From: Paraphysomonas bandaiensis
Taxonomy: Eukaryota > Protista > Chrysophyceae
Length of the DNA: 64,000 nucleotides
Assembly (NCBI GenBank): GCA_965644295.1
Contig: CBFFRP010000377.1
Span: forward strand, 214,361-278,360
Direction of reading: 5' to 3'
Below the pieces are notes generated by a model, which saw only the letters and a list, made by a program, of their open reading frames with translations, made no database searches and had not been told where the DNA came from. The position numbers were made by a program, and so were the translations under genes. The stretch's first letter is position 1. Each line of letters opens with the position of its first letter. Below, piece after piece: positions 12,772-26,231 of this stretch.

Positions 12772-12958
12772 GTGCTGGATTGGTTCGTATTTTGTGTATA
12801 TGGACGTATGTACGAGTGGACACAGTCCACAGCCACTCCGCTGTATACGGTATACTGGGCATATACAGGACTGTACTGAGGAGTGGATGCTGTACGAGAC
12901 ACTCAGTGACAGTGAGAGGTGGAATCAACGTTCCACGGGACAGAAGCACTGTGAGAGG

Positions 12959-15900
12959 ATGCGAGGAGTGAAGAGAAAGACCACGTCTCTGAATGAGGGC
13001 ATAAGGAACCAGCTGGGTCTAAGTCCTTCCCCCCATAGCAGCAGGAAGAGGAGCAGGACCAGGAAGGAGGTCAGTTGCACTGGAGTTGTGTTGAGATGAC
13101 TCATAACGATACTAAAACAGATTCGAAAGGAGCTTCGGGCTGCAAAGCGACAGAAGTCGCGTCCCACATCTTCCACTAAACAAAAACAAGAGCAGCCGAA
13201 GCTCATCTCAGAGGATCCGAAACCATCCGAGTCGACTAAACCTACAAAGAAACAGAGAACGGAGCCTACTCGTGATAGACCCAGCAATATGCGCCCCGAA
13301 TATGTCGATCCTGAAGACGAGGAAATTGCCCGTTTAGAGAAACTTTTGGGAGTGTCTAAAAAAGGTTGCATATGTCTATTCGCTCCCATAGTTGTAATTT
13401 GCACTCTGGTGTAGATAAGAAGAAGAGCGCAAAGAAACTCAACAAAGAGTTTGAACTTTATGAGGTATATGTTCATATTCGGAATACACGTTTCATCTCC
13501 ATATGTACAGGGTATTAGTGGAAACCTGGGCGATTTTTTGTTGAAGTTAGATGACCTCTCTAGTAGTATGTGTGGTGGCGGAGAGGGGGGAGAGTGGAGA
13601 AGCATCCTAGGAGGGAGTGATATCGAAAGCGATAATGATGATATGGAAGAAAAGCATCACATCATTGACGATAGTGAGCAGGAAGTGTCCGATGTAGACT
13701 ATTCGGATGACGAGGACGAGGAGGAAGAAGAGATGGAAGAAGGGAACGAAACGGAGTCTTTGAAAAGCAAGAATGCGGAGGAGATTCATGCCGATGTGTA
13801 TCGGCCTAGGCCGGGAGAGGATATATATGGACGGCCAGTGACCCAAGAGACAAGTGCAGTGCCAGGGAAATATGTGCCACCTGCCCGCCGTAATCAGCAA
13901 CCAGAGAAGCAAACAAATATTATAGCGGAGGTGGGCCGGATGTTGTTGTGGTACCGTCAAGAAATGATTTGAGCTAATGTTTCACGTACTTAGGACGATG
14001 AAAAAGCACGAATGATCCGCCGGATTGTCAATGGACAACTTAATCGGTGCAGATCAACTCCTTTCAGCATCATACTCTAGCTGACGAATTTGTGTTTCTT
14101 GCAGGCTGTCGGAGCAGTCCAGAGACTCTGTCCTCCGAGCTATTGCAGGTGAAGACTGTCACTCTTTATGTACTCCAATGTATCCTCACACTGCACACGT
14201 TTTTTCTACTAGATGTATTTCGTGAAAACAGCTTTACCATTACATGTACCATACTAAAGGAGTGCCTCATCGCTGTGTGTGCCAACACGAGTCAGCTGAT
14301 GACAACTCTCGTCCCGCACTATGCCGCACTAGTTGCTGCTTTACACTTTAGCGTACATAGCGATATTGGTGCATATATGGTGGAGGCACTCACTGTGAAA
14401 CTGGTGCAGGTAGTTTCGAATTGTATGCAGCCACTTTTTTAAGGCGTTTAGTAGGAAATAGAGGGTGGGGACACCACTGAAAAGAGTCATGCACTCATAA
14501 GCAGTAAAGTGGCGAGTAATGTTTTGGTGCTGCTCGTATATCTGTACAATCTACGCGTTGTGCAGCATCGTCTTGTAATGGACATTTTGACGATGGTGGT
14601 TCGAGGGAATGATAGACCGATGTCGGAGCAGCGTGCAGAATTGGCTTTGTGCGTTGTCGAGCACTGTGGCCCTTCACTACGCTCTGACGATCCCCAGGGT
14701 CTGCGCCAGGTTGTTCTCGAAGTTCAGCAGCGTGTGAAACAAGAGCAATATGAAGTAGTCGATGGAAGAGTCAGATTTATGCTGGAGGCACTTGCTGACC
14801 TTAAAAACAACAAGTCTAGAAGAACTCAGACCGCCAATGCAGAGATGGTAGCTGCGCTGAGGAAGTGGGTAGGACGTGCAAAAGTTGCAGCTAGGGGCAA
14901 AATCAATGGCGTGAGTGGGGCTGCTGAGTCTGGTTTGAAGGTATCTTTGCAGGACTTGCTACAGGCTGAGACTGTAGGTAGGTGGTGGCGGGCAGGGGCT
15001 TATTGGGGAGGAGCTGGGATGCTTCGAGAGTCGGAGGTTGACTATGCAGGGAAAGAGGAGAAGCAAGTTAGTGGGGCGCGTAGCTCTACAGATCATGACG
15101 AGGAGCAGAAGTTGCTTAAGCTTGCTAAGAAGCTTCACATGAATACCTCTGTGCGACGCAATATATTCGTGGTACTCATGAGTAGTAGAGATACTACTGA
15201 CGCTTTTGAGCGACTTTCTCGGCTTGATCTCAAGGGTAAGCAGGACAGAGAAGTCATCCGTGTGATTGCAACGTGCTGCGGGTTGGAAAATACTTACAAC
15301 GAGTTCTACGCTGAATTGGCCACAGTTTTTTGTCTCCAGAATCGTCAGAACAGGACAACTCTTCAATTTGTATTCTGGGACCTGTTCAAGGTATTGACAT
15401 CGCCCGATGAGGCTGCTATGAAAGAAAGTAGCATAGAGCGGAAGGCAATTAATATGGCTCGAATGCTTGCATGCTTGGTATCAAATTTTCAGCTCTCTCT
15501 TTCCGTTCTAAAAGTGATCGATATGGCGGATTTATCCTCTCAAATGATGCTCTTTCTGGCCACATTCTTTCTCGCTCTGTTTTCAGTGAAGGTATTTTTC
15601 AGCGCGTTACAGTATGTTGCTAAAATTCCACTTATCAGATTACGGAGGAGGCTTTCGCTGGTGTGCTGGATCGAGTTGCTACTACTTCTGACTGTCTGGC
15701 CGTACGAGAGAATGTTTTGGTCTTCCTTCAGGTAATGATATGTATTCTTGCTTCAGTATTGTTGAGAACCCTTTACGTGTAGCGACACTTGACTGATTTC
15801 CCTTCTGGTCTTCCGAAAGAAGAACTAAAGATTATGCAGAAGCGACGCCTAAAAACGATTCGAACGATGGAAGCTATGAGTGTACTTGACATAGCAAAAG

Positions 15901-15959
15901 GATTGAGTAAGGACAAAACCGAACAACATGATGACTACAATGCGGATTTCGGGTTATAA
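12959..15959 (+). CDS. NOM1: Nucleolar MIF4G/MA3 domain protein NOM1/Sgd1, multi-exon
   Basis: DPEDEEIARLEKLLG, EDIYGR...GKYVPPARR, CGPSLRSDDPQGLR, RVRFMLEALADLKNNK, GRWWRAGAYW, LAKKLHMNTSVRRNIFVVLMSSRD...AFERLSRLDLKGKQDREVIRV. Confidence 0.9.
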
Positions 15960-16564
15960 ATGCTACAACTGTACCGTATCATGCCCTAGTTTGCTAATTT
16001 GAATATACCATTTAGAAAAAGCAGCGTAGTGTGAGTTTAATTAATATGTATTACAAAGTGAGACTACAATATAGAAGCCAAGGAAAGTTATTGTAATCAT
16101 TTGTTTACCTAAAGTTCGCTTAAATAGATTATGTAAAGCTGTGCGTTCCTGTAGAACAGAAATTTTCGGGTAATACCATTTATTTTTCAAGTAGTTTGAG
16201 TACAACCTACCAATATGTAAACCTCGATTACACTCTGTGTAAATAATACGTGTATTCGTGTATGAATATTAAAAGTGGGATCATTACTGAATATTTCAAA
16301 AGAGTAACGCAAGGTTAAAAATATATCTTACGACAGGAATATATAATACATACGTCAGTGGCTTATTACCTGGGCCTGGTAATCGCTGATGGTAATGACA
16401 TTACTATTAGTATATGCCAATATAATTGCCGGGACATTTTTCATTAATAGCATTATAAGTGCCGGCAACTGGGCACCCATTAATGGAATTTACCATTTTT
16501 ACCATTTACTGGTAACTAATATCTGGATATAATATGCTATATATAGAATGAACTGTTTTTAATA

Positions 16565-17462
16565 TAGTAGTGAGTGTCTGATTATTAGAATATAGGCGTG
16601 TAAGAGTCCCTCAACAAAGTCGGACTCGCACCTTTTTGTGGTGTTCTGGGGGATAAGTACCGGAGAGATTCTCTCTGAGAAACTAACGTGAGCCGCAAAC
16701 ATAGTCAGCAGATATTATTCTTCTGCCCACTCATAGCCGAATTCTTGTGTGGTACAAGGGACACCAATAAGTGTCACATGTGTAGACGTCTTTGGGCCCT
16801 GACAAATAAACAGGCATCCGGGACAGGACCCACCTGAAGAGTAACCGGTAACCGGGGTATTGGGCTGCCTGCTGATGTCAAGCATCCGGGGTGGTCGCCC
16901 CTTCTTGGTGCTTGCGGCGACGCACAAGCAGCTTCCGTAGCATTAAATAGTAGGATAAAAAAGTATGTACTGATTAGTTACAGGTAGAGGTCTAACTAGT
17001 TTGTCTAGCATTCATCTAGCTACTAAGTTGGAACAGGTTTTTCTATTGCTAATAATATGACTTTCAATATGGCGTGTAAGAGTCAGAACTAATGTAGCAA
17101 TTCAACTAACTATAGTGCTTAACTCTGACATCCTACTATTTGGCGCTACGAAAGCTGCTTGTGCGTTACCGCAAGCACCAGAGTGCAACCACATTCGCTC
17201 TCTGTCCTTATAAGAGGTGAAGTAGCCCGGATGTTTGTCTTTTGACTTCAGTAGGCAACCCAATACCCCGGATGCTCTAGAGGGGGGCCCATTTTCGAAT
17301 GCCTGTTTATACGTCAAGGCTCAAAGACGTCTATACAAGCATTTGGCTATGAGTGGGCTGAACGTTATCTGCTGATTATATATAATATGCGGCTCACGTT
17401 AGTTTATTTCCGGTACTTATCTCCTAAAACACCACGACAAGGTAATAGTACGACTTTATTTA
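16565..17462 (-). mobile_element. SINE-like repeat (older copy), split by the insertion at 16608-17070
   Basis: Reverse-complement tail at 16565-16607 continues at 17071-17462 through to the head (cgactttatt). Confidence 0.8.
16608..17070 (+). mobile_element. SINE-like repeat, full-length copy with 13-bp TSD
   Basis: Starts ccctcaacaaagtcgg. TSD ggcgtgtaagagt at 16595-16607 and 17071-17083. Confidence 0.9.
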
Positions 17463-17753
17463 TTATTTAGGGATTTGTTATAAGCGTTTTTATCTACGTA
17501 GCTATTAATGGTCATAATGGCCATTATAATTGCTGGGAATTAGACTACCCTTAATGTGCCATTAATGGCTACCAGGTCCTACTTATTACTGTTTCACGCA
17601 TGAAAAAATAGTAGTAAGAAGATACACATAAGAAGCAATGTTGAGCTGAATTGTGATCTTCATACTAGATACATTTCGATGTTCTTGTAAAGGTCTTGTG
17701 AGCAATATAGGAATTATTACTCAGTTGTCAGTTGTAATCTACTTTGGTTTGGT

Positions 17754-18046
17754 TAACAGAAGTTGACATTATTTGCTAAGGTTTACTATTCTCAACTGAT
17801 AAGATGAAATTATAAACATTACATGATAAAGAACCTAAGTTGTGTTCGATGTGTTCAACACCATTCATTTACTACTATAGTGTACAAACCACACACTCAG
17901 TGATCGTATCCTGTATAGTCATCCACTTCTACTTCAGTTTCATACTACATAATATAATGTACTAATTACATATATATCTTTCGATCCTTGCATCTCACAT
18001 AATACTGCACTCAATTGCAAGTATATAGAATCTTCAGATCTCAACA
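17754..18046 (-). repeat. 3' LTR of copia element 1
   Basis: Direct repeat of 22755-23047, preceded on the minus strand by the PPT. Confidence 0.95.
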
Positions 18047-18172
18047 CTCCCCCTCAATTGAGTGTTGTACTATGACACCTCCCAGCTATTGAATGCCTGA
18101 GATAAAAAAAATTCTTGACAGTAAAATAGACTCATCTCTAAGTCTAAACCTCTGTCTAAAAAAACTCAGTAC

Positions 18173-21100
18173 CTACTTGCGCCTTCTTTTATCCCTTGGT
18201 CCCTCATTAATCACTTCAGTGGAACTCTTAACTTTCTCTCCAAGATTTCTCTTTCTCTGCTCCATATATGATAAACCAACCAATGACTTTGTATAAATAT
18301 CTGCTGCTTGTTGCGATGTATGCATATGCACTAACTTAATCGTATTGAACTGATTGGGATCCACGTGCTCTCTCACCATGTGATACTTAATCTCAATGTG
18401 CTTCGACTTCTTGTGAAACACTGGGTTTTCGGCCAAATCCTGGGCACTCTGACTGTCGATGAAGAATGGTGTGGGTTTGATGAGCCTCAACTTAATCTCA
18501 CCCGTCACCCCCCGAACCCATAGCACTTCTTGGAGACCCGAGTAAATACACTGATACTCAGACTGCATGCTTGACGTTGCCACTGTCGTCTGCAGTTTGG
18601 ACTGCCAGACTATAGGCCCTCCCGCTGCAAACCCAACGTACCCCGACGTGGACTTCCTGGAGAGCTGATCTCCCGCCCAATCCGCGTCAGTAAACATATG
18701 GAAGTCGAACCGTCTACTCCCATATTGAATCCCTTTGTCAATAGAACCACGAATATATTGCCATACATGTGTTAATAGCTTGCATACTTCAATATTCACC
18801 TTATTACTGAACCGAGACAGTACTCCCACTGCATAGGCAATATCCGGCCTCGTGTTCATCGATAGATATAGTAATGCACCTATCAGCGGCCGATATGGGA
18901 AGTTATCTACTATAAGCTGTTCCTCCTCGGTATGCTCATGCCGCGCCCCTTTTGCCACTAAATCCATTGCTTCCGCCGGTAGAGGACTCTTCCGTACCTT
19001 TCGCGGTGACCCAAGATACTTTTCAAACTTTTCTAAGATCTTAGCCGCATATACTGATTGGTCAAGACGAATATACTCTGGCGTTCTTGTGACTCGAACA
19101 TTCAGAAAATGTTCCATCTCGCCCATATCCTTCATATCAAACCGGGCACACAGTTGAGCTTTAATATCCTTCACTATGTTGACATCACGACCTAACACTA
19201 GGATATCATCCACATATATCGTTAATAATATCAATTCATCGCCCTTATACTGATAATACAAACACGGGTCTAATACACATGGTTTAAAATGCATAGATCG
19301 TATGAATTTATCCAATGTTTTCCACCACGACCGCGGGGAACTCCGAAGCCCGTATAACGACTTCTTCAACTTAAAGCAGTACCCCTCAGGCAGCTGAAAG
19401 TCCGGAGTTGCCTTCATATATACATCCCCCTCTATATCTGCATATAGAAATGCGTTAGACACATCCAGTTGATGAATTACCATGTTCATCACGAAAGCTA
19501 TGGCGATTAACAGTCGCACTGTTACCCCCTTAACAACGGGTGCGAAATGGTTCGCCCAACCACTCGACTGCTGTCCACAACCGATTGCTACAAGACGAGC
19601 CTTATATCGGCGGACCTCTCCCTCCTTATCGTACTTCTTTCCATAGACGTACTTGGAGTGCAGTGGGACGACTCCGTCCGGTATACGAGTCACCTCCATG
19701 GTATCTCGCTTCGCCAAACCCTCTCGCTCTACACGGCGAGCTCGTCTCCACTCCCTGTGCTCGGCACTCTCCAAGGACTCACGATGTGTCTGAGGCACTG
19801 TCGACTCTTCCGCTGACATCCACACTGAGTCTGCCTCCTGTAAAAGGTCACTCACATCACTCTCATCACTCAAATGATGGATTTGTCCTAACACCGACAC
19901 ATTCGTTACCGTCCTTGGAGTTCTTGCGCGTTTGCCGTGCGGATGATTCTCGGCAGGGGTCCCTTCCCCCGAAGGTAATGCTGAGTCAGCCTGGGGCTGC
20001 ACCTGCCCACTTTCCGACTGCTGTGGCACCACTCCGCTGATACCGCCGTCACGGTTGTCAGTAACTCTGGCCCTAACCACCCTCTGCGCAAGATCCTCTG
20101 TCATCTTCTTGATGTCAGCAATATGAATAGGAGTTTTATCCTCCACTTGAACCTGGTTACCAGTAACCAACGACCGGTATCCCACAATAAGTCCCTTCCT
20201 TATCACCACTCTGTTAGTCTTGTATAGCAGACCACCATCCTCATGGTGCTTTCCGATAAGATACTCAAACTCACCCGGTTGACGAGCCTCGGGATCTATA
20301 GCCACTTGAGCCTCCTCCAGCTCTCTATAATAATCCTGAGACCTCTCAGGTACCGATTCATCAAATAATACATGTACCGAGTGTACTACGGTGTCCCCCA
20401 CTAGCACCTTGTATCCTTTTCGATCAGCTGGATACCCTATGAAATAACCTGTCATTGCTTTGTCCTCCCAGTCCTTCCTCCTGTCGGCCTTGGGTGTTAG
20501 CACATATGCTTTGCACCCCCATTTCCGTAGCCACGATAGGCTGGGAACGCTCCCCCTGGGACACACTCATATGGAGACATCCATCCTTGCCACGTCCGAG
20601 TTGGCATTCGTCGCACAATGTAACATGCAGTTTGATAAGCATCAAACCAGAACGACTTTGGAAGTCCAGATGCCGTCAACATCGTCAGTGTCATCTCCCC
20701 AATTGTTCGGAATTTCCTCTCAGACACCGCGTTGAGCTCTGGCGTGTCTCGTGTTGTATGTGACACCCGAGTCCCATATCGCTGCAACAGATACTCTCTT
20801 ATCTGCTGACTAATAAGTTCGGATCCTCCATCGGCATGATACTCCACTATACGGTTCCACCCCTCGTACTTCACTAAGTGGACCTCGCACAAGTGTCGTA
20901 GACATTTGAACACCTCCTCTCCGCTTCGAGTCCTCAATCCATATTCCCATATCATCTTTGTTGCTAAGTCCGTGAATAGGAGCACGTACTTATACCCTTG
21001 TCTGGATTCACAATTCAGGTAGACTGAGATGTCCGCTGTCACTCGTTCCAGAAACCTGACTGCGCTTAGCTCTTCGTTGTCCCGTGATTTGAACGAATGC

Positions 21101-22770
21101 CTGGTTATCTTCGCCTTGGCACACCATTTACACAGGGGTTTCTTGCAACTCTTCTCCTTTGCCTTCGAAAGGTGATGTCGTTGTAGTCCTGATCCTCTGA
21201 ATAACATGTGTCGGTGAGCTTCTAATAACTTCGATTTCGAGACATGTCCAGTACGCTCATGTAAGCGATCCAACGCATCTTGTCCTGTATTATCCGACAA
21301 ATTTACCTCCTCCATCTGATTGCACATAGACACATTTGGCAGATTTAACACCTCCATCAAGTCCACATACGGCATTCCTCCATGCTCATCGTACTCTCCA
21401 GTCAACACCTCGTTTCCAGAGTCCAATTCCACGATTTTAGGCTTTCGAAGCAGTTGTAATCCGTATCCCATTGATCTCAGCATTCCTCCTGACACAATGT
21501 TCTTCACCGCTTCCTCACTAACTCTGATGTCTCTCCATTCCCCGAATGTACCAGCCCCCTGTGTCTCCAATTGAGAACCCTTTCTAGTTAGTTGGATTGC
21601 CCCAAACTCAGGAGTAAATGACTCCAGTGCAATTTTATCCTTTACTATAAACAGTCTTTTACTTGCACAACTGTCCAGATATACACGAGGTTCTTCCGAC
21701 GTATCCACCGATAGCAAAACCTCTTCTCCAAACATATTCGCTTCATCATCCGACGACTCTCCGTCGTTGACGTATTTCTTCCATTCTGTCTCGAATTTCC
21801 TGTTCGATTTTCGAGGATTCTCATTATCCGGGTTTTTTATGTTCTTCCGTTTTTTCGACTTGCACTGTCGGGCTTTATGACTAAAATCTCCACAGATATG
21901 ACAACCAGTATAATCCTTTGATCCTGGCTGCTGCACACTCTTCGAAGCCTTTTCCTTTGTCTTCCCTTTTCTTTTGAACTTATCCATTTTTCTTTGTCGT
22001 TCCTTAGCATAACAATTCGCTGCTACATGTCCCTTCTTCCGACAAAATGAACAAACCACTGGCTCCTTCGACGCCGTAAAATTGATCTCTTCAGATTTGT
22101 CTCCCTTTAGTTTCTTCAGCTGCGTCATAGCCTCGTCATACTCTTCACAAGCCTCTTTCACCGAATCAAATGTAGTTGTTGCTTTAGGCATCATCGCTAC
22201 CGACATCCATAAATCATGTAATTCCTCTATCTGCAGCGCTGCTTTTATCTTTGCTAATTTACTTGCCTCTGTCTGCGGTTGTCCCAATTTTATGAGCTTC
22301 TGGATTATACCGTTCAGTCGATCTACCCCAACAGACACCTTTTCCCCCGGCCTTATTTTGAACGAATGGTATTCTGCCGTAGTCTTCTCCAATACAGTCC
22401 CAATCTCGCCTCTGAACCTATCAACCAGTGTCTGAAGGAGCTCACTGGATAACACCTCCTTAGCAGGATCATCAGCAGGTAAAATTGCCTTCCCCTCCAA
22501 ATATTGATTGGCTACCTCCAACACATCAGGGTCATGCTCGCAAGCCTCCCAAATAGTACTAACACAGGTATCATTACGCTCTCTCCATGACTCTAAATTC
22601 CTTCCTCCGGCTGGCGGGTCCTCCAAGCCAAGATGGTTTCGGTTTTTCTTCATTAGATGCATCTTGATTTTTCTCGCTGAATAGTCTGCTTGGTTCTTGT
22701 CAAACCGTAGCTTCTTGTCATCTTCCCCATCCCTACAACTAGCATTCGCTACCATAACAGAAGTTGACAT
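18173..22770 (-). CDS. Copia gag-pol polyprotein, one frameshift near 20550
   Basis: Zinc knuckles CSFCRKKGHVAANC and CHICGDFSHKARQC, protease YLDSCAS, integrase HERTGH...CKWC with D,D,E (NAVSERK), RT LKKSLYGL/YVDDIL, RNase H DADWAG...KSKHIEIKYH. Confidence 0.95.
22743..22754 (-). promoter_or_regulatory. tRNA primer-binding site of element 1 (probably initiator tRNA-Met)
   Basis: TGGTAGCGAATG directly after the 5' LTR, complementary to a tRNA 3' end ...CGCUACCA. tRNA identity is inferred from the A1-U72-type acceptor end. Confidence 0.75.
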
Positions 22771-23047
22771 TATTTGCTAAGGTTTACTATTCTCAACTGA
22801 TAAGATGAAATTATAAACATTACATGATAAAGAACCTAAGTTGTGTTCGATGTGTTCAACACCATTCATTTACTACTATAGTGTACAAACCACCCACTCA
22901 GTGATCGTATCCTGTATAGTCATCCACTTCTACTTCAGTTTCATACTACATAATATAATGTACTAATTACATATATATCTTTCGATCCTTGCATCTCACA
23001 TAATACTGCACTCAATTGCAAGTATATAGAATCTTCAGATCTCAACA
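22755..23047 (-). repeat. 5' LTR of copia element 1
   Basis: Direct repeat of 17754-18046. Begins TGTTG and ends TGTTA on the minus strand. Confidence 0.95.
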
Positions 23048-23343
23048 TTGGTTGGATGGCGAACTCGTTTGCCGTTTCACATCATAATTCTACTCGACTT
23101 TCAACTATAATATCCTGTATTAACATGGTATTTCAGTGTCTTGATTTTTAGCATTTAATGCTAATGTATATTGTTCTTATGGACAAAGAACACATTAGTA
23201 GTTACACACTTCGTCACGTACTCCAACAAGCAGTCCGTTTAAGTTTCAGTCAGAATAAAGCATGTTAAGTAATGCGATCGTCGTAAATATAATATATAAT
23301 ATGAAAGCAGCACCTATACTATTAATACGCATTATTTCTAGTG

Positions 23344-24717
23344 TCATACATTTTCCAGAAGCTGAACATCCTCGTTACTATCGAATCGCAACAGAGTGTC
23401 GGACAGCATACTGTTGTTTGATGACGCTCGTTCGATATCGAGGCTTGAGCTTTCCTTTCGAGTTGGCAAAGGAGGTTCCGGATGAATATTTTTGATGTAC
23501 CTGCGCATTAATACTTAGTTGACACATGCATACAACACAAGATCAAGCCATCTCACCTAAATGTGGCATGTCCTATGATAATAATAATCACAAAGTTAAT
23601 GACCCATAGTAGCATTGATATCTGAATTCAAATTAAATGACACGTAGTTAGTGCGTAACTCCACAAAGCAAATCAATATATCTTACTAGGCCAGTGTTTA
23701 TATATACGTTAGTATTGTGTCTGGATCGGCCATGCTCCCAGTTGAGAAAGGCAATGGCAAGACACACCCCGCAGTTGACCACAGGTGGGAGAAGGGATGC
23801 GGATATAGCCGTTCCCACTATCACATTAAACCCACCACGAGAAAGTGCAAGTACTACCCCCATACCCGAGGCTGCCGCAACCACTACCCCAAGCAGTAAC
23901 CCACTCGCTGAACACCAGTACCACTTCACCCGAGTCATCTATACAGAAGCCCACTCACCTTTGCCTCTGGACATCATCTCTTCGCTTCTAAAGTCGGCCC
24001 CATAGACAGGATATGCACAAAGACCCATCACCACACCAACAATAAGGGAAATTAGCACCCCCAAGAATTCATTTCGAAGGCCCCGGTGGATGATATGCAT
24101 CTTCATCGTCGCGAAACCAAATGTTATTGAGAGGATCGGTCCCATCAGTGGCGATACTATAACCAATTAAGGGAGATATATAAAAGTCGACAATCGCTAT
24201 ACCTAGCATAGATGCTATGACAGCTGTTGGGCTGTCACCAAGCAAACCAGCTCCGGCAATGACAGAAGCCACAGCGAGAAGGGCCATGTAATCGAAGGTC
24301 ATGTGGTTTCCATCTTCTACCACATCCTTTGAGTGACACGACCAAAATTTCAAATAATGAGATATAATTTGGTACAAAGTTTAAAGCAGCAGATACCTCG
24401 ATTTCATCTACGGTCATTCGATCACTGATAGAGTATAGCTTCCGGCTAGGAATAGTGTTGTCTTTAAAGCTTATGATTGGCCTCGTTGCTATAAGCGAGA
24501 ACACATCCACAGTACCATACACTTTCCCGCACCCCACATCTGCAAGCCGGATGAGAACATCCTCGAGATGCTTTGATTGTACTTTAAAGCTAATGTGAAC
24601 AGAGTCGACGGTGTTGAATCGGACCACTTTGAACACCTTCTTAGACGAGTACAATATGTCCAACACTGTCCCGGCTTGGGGCTGATGAACAACAACATTC
24701 ACATGTCTCGTCGTCAT
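23344..24717 (-). CDS. DUF389-family multi-pass membrane protein, multi-exon
   Basis: TFDYMALLAVASVIAGAGLLGDSPTAVIASML|VSPLMGPILSITFG, EEMMSRG, VAAASGMGVVLA, VGTAISASLLPPVVNCG. Confidence 0.85.
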
Positions 24718-24945
24718 TTAAAATAACAATAAGCAACTATTCGATTAGGGATGAACTGGGTGCAGCCACCTCTCATGCAACTGGAAGCATATCACATGCA
24801 GCAAAATCTCATCATGATGTACAATCCAGCACTTCATGTATCTACACAGAAATACATATGTATAGATGCGTACTTATATCAACACACCACACCATGTACA
24901 GTATTGGACAGCAAAAAATGTATGGTGCTGTGTAGGTACATATGT

Positions 24946-25332
24946 ATGTACAGAGTATGTATGTATATATGTATGTATGTATGTACAGTATGTATGTATG
25001 TATGTATGTATGTATGTATGTATGTATGTATGTATGTATGTATGTATGTATGTATGTATGTATGTATGTATGTATGTATGTATGTATGTATGTATGTATG
25101 TATGTATGTATGTATGTATGTATGTATGTATGTATGTATGTATGTATGTATGTATGTATGTATGTATGTATGTATGTATGTATGTATGTATGTATGTATG
25201 TATGTATGTATGTATGTATGTATGTATGTATGTATGTATGTATGTATGTATGTATGTATGTATGTATGTATGTATGTATGTATGTATGTATGTATGTATG
25301 TATGTATGTATATATGTATGTATGTATGTATG

Positions 25333-25398
<66 letters not shown>

Positions 25399-25696
25399 TG
25401 TATGTATGTATGTATGTATGTATGTATGTATGTATGTATGTATGTATGTATGTATGTATGTATGTATGTATGTATGTATGTATGTATGTATGTATGTATG
25501 TATGTATGTATGTATGTATGTATGTATGTATGTATGTATGTATGTATGTATGTATGTATGTATGTATGTATGTATGTATGTATGTATGTATGTATGTATG
25601 TATGTATGTATGTATGTATGTATGTATGTATGTATGTATGTATGTATGTATGTATGTATGTATGTATGTATGTATGTATGTATGTATGTATGTATG
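24946..25696. repeat. (TATG)n tetranucleotide microsatellite, ~750 bp
   Basis: Directly visible, with a few TATA variant units near 25310-25370. Confidence 0.99.
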
Positions 25697-25713
25697 CACA
25701 GAGTATGTATGTA

Positions 25714-25890
25714 CAGGGGGTGGTTGTGCATATCGATTTCATCGATTTGTTCATCGTTTATTTCATTGAAAAATCATCGTTTTTTCATTAAAAAGTCGCT
25801 TTTTTTCACTTTTCACTGAAAAAACGATGATTTTTCGATGAAATAAACGGTGAACAAATCGATGAAATCGATATGCACAACCACCCCCAG
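25714..25890. mobile_element. 177-bp MITE with ~75-bp TIRs and TA flanks (Tc1/mariner-like)
   Basis: cagggggtggttgtgcatatcgatttcatcg... is mirrored by ...cgatgaaatcgatatgcacaaccacccccag. TA on both sides. Confidence 0.8.
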
Positions 25891-26231
25891 TATGTATGTG
25901 CACAGAGTATGTATGAATGTATATATACAGAGTAGTATGGTATGACGCACACTTCTGCTCACTGTGAGCCACCCAATTTCTTGTCCCGCAACAGAAGTAT
26001 AAATATCCCAATTTTGTCGTGAAAATCGTCTACCTAAAATATGACTATTTTGTTGATATGTACTTGTACATACAGAGACGCCGTCCCGTCCTCTCTGGAG
26101 ATACAGCCACTCTGTAGTCGTATTTGCTTTCTTGTTGTATGGTTTAACAACAATCATTGCGTAGACAAGTAGTGTCTTTTGTTATCAATTGAATAGAGGT
26201 GTTGTGGAGCTGTGTCTACATTTAATTCTCA

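Larger units (their letters stand above)
16370..17581. mobile_element. Non-autonomous hAT element containing nested SINE-like copies
   Basis: TIR ctgggcctggtaat... / ...aatggctaccaggtccta. Exact 8-bp TSD cttattac at 16362-16369 and 17582-17589. Confidence 0.85.
17754..23047 (-). mobile_element. Full-length Ty1/copia LTR retrotransposon (element 1)
   Basis: 293-bp LTRs at 22755-23047 and 17754-18046 (one mismatch seen), 5-bp TSD ttggt, PBS TGGTAGCGAATG abutting the 5' LTR, PPT TTGAGGGGGAG, and domain order gag-PR-IN-RT-RH. Confidence 0.97.

Noticed and set aside
16608-17070. Hammerhead or HDV-like ribozyme (retrozyme/Penelope) in the repeat
   Set aside because: CTGAAGA at ~16834 is not conserved in other copies and lacks a following stem-II GAAA. 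I could not build an HDV fold by eye.
16565-17462. Penelope-type tail-to-tail inverted structure
   Set aside because: Explained more simply by a nested insertion with an exact 13-bp TSD.
22743-23047. Self-priming in copia element 1
   Set aside because: The PBS starts with TGG (tRNA CCA type), and I found no complementary segment in its LTR.
24751-25819. Six long ORFs (MYVC/HTYI repeats)
   Set aside because: Translation artefacts of the stop-free (TATG)n microsatellite.
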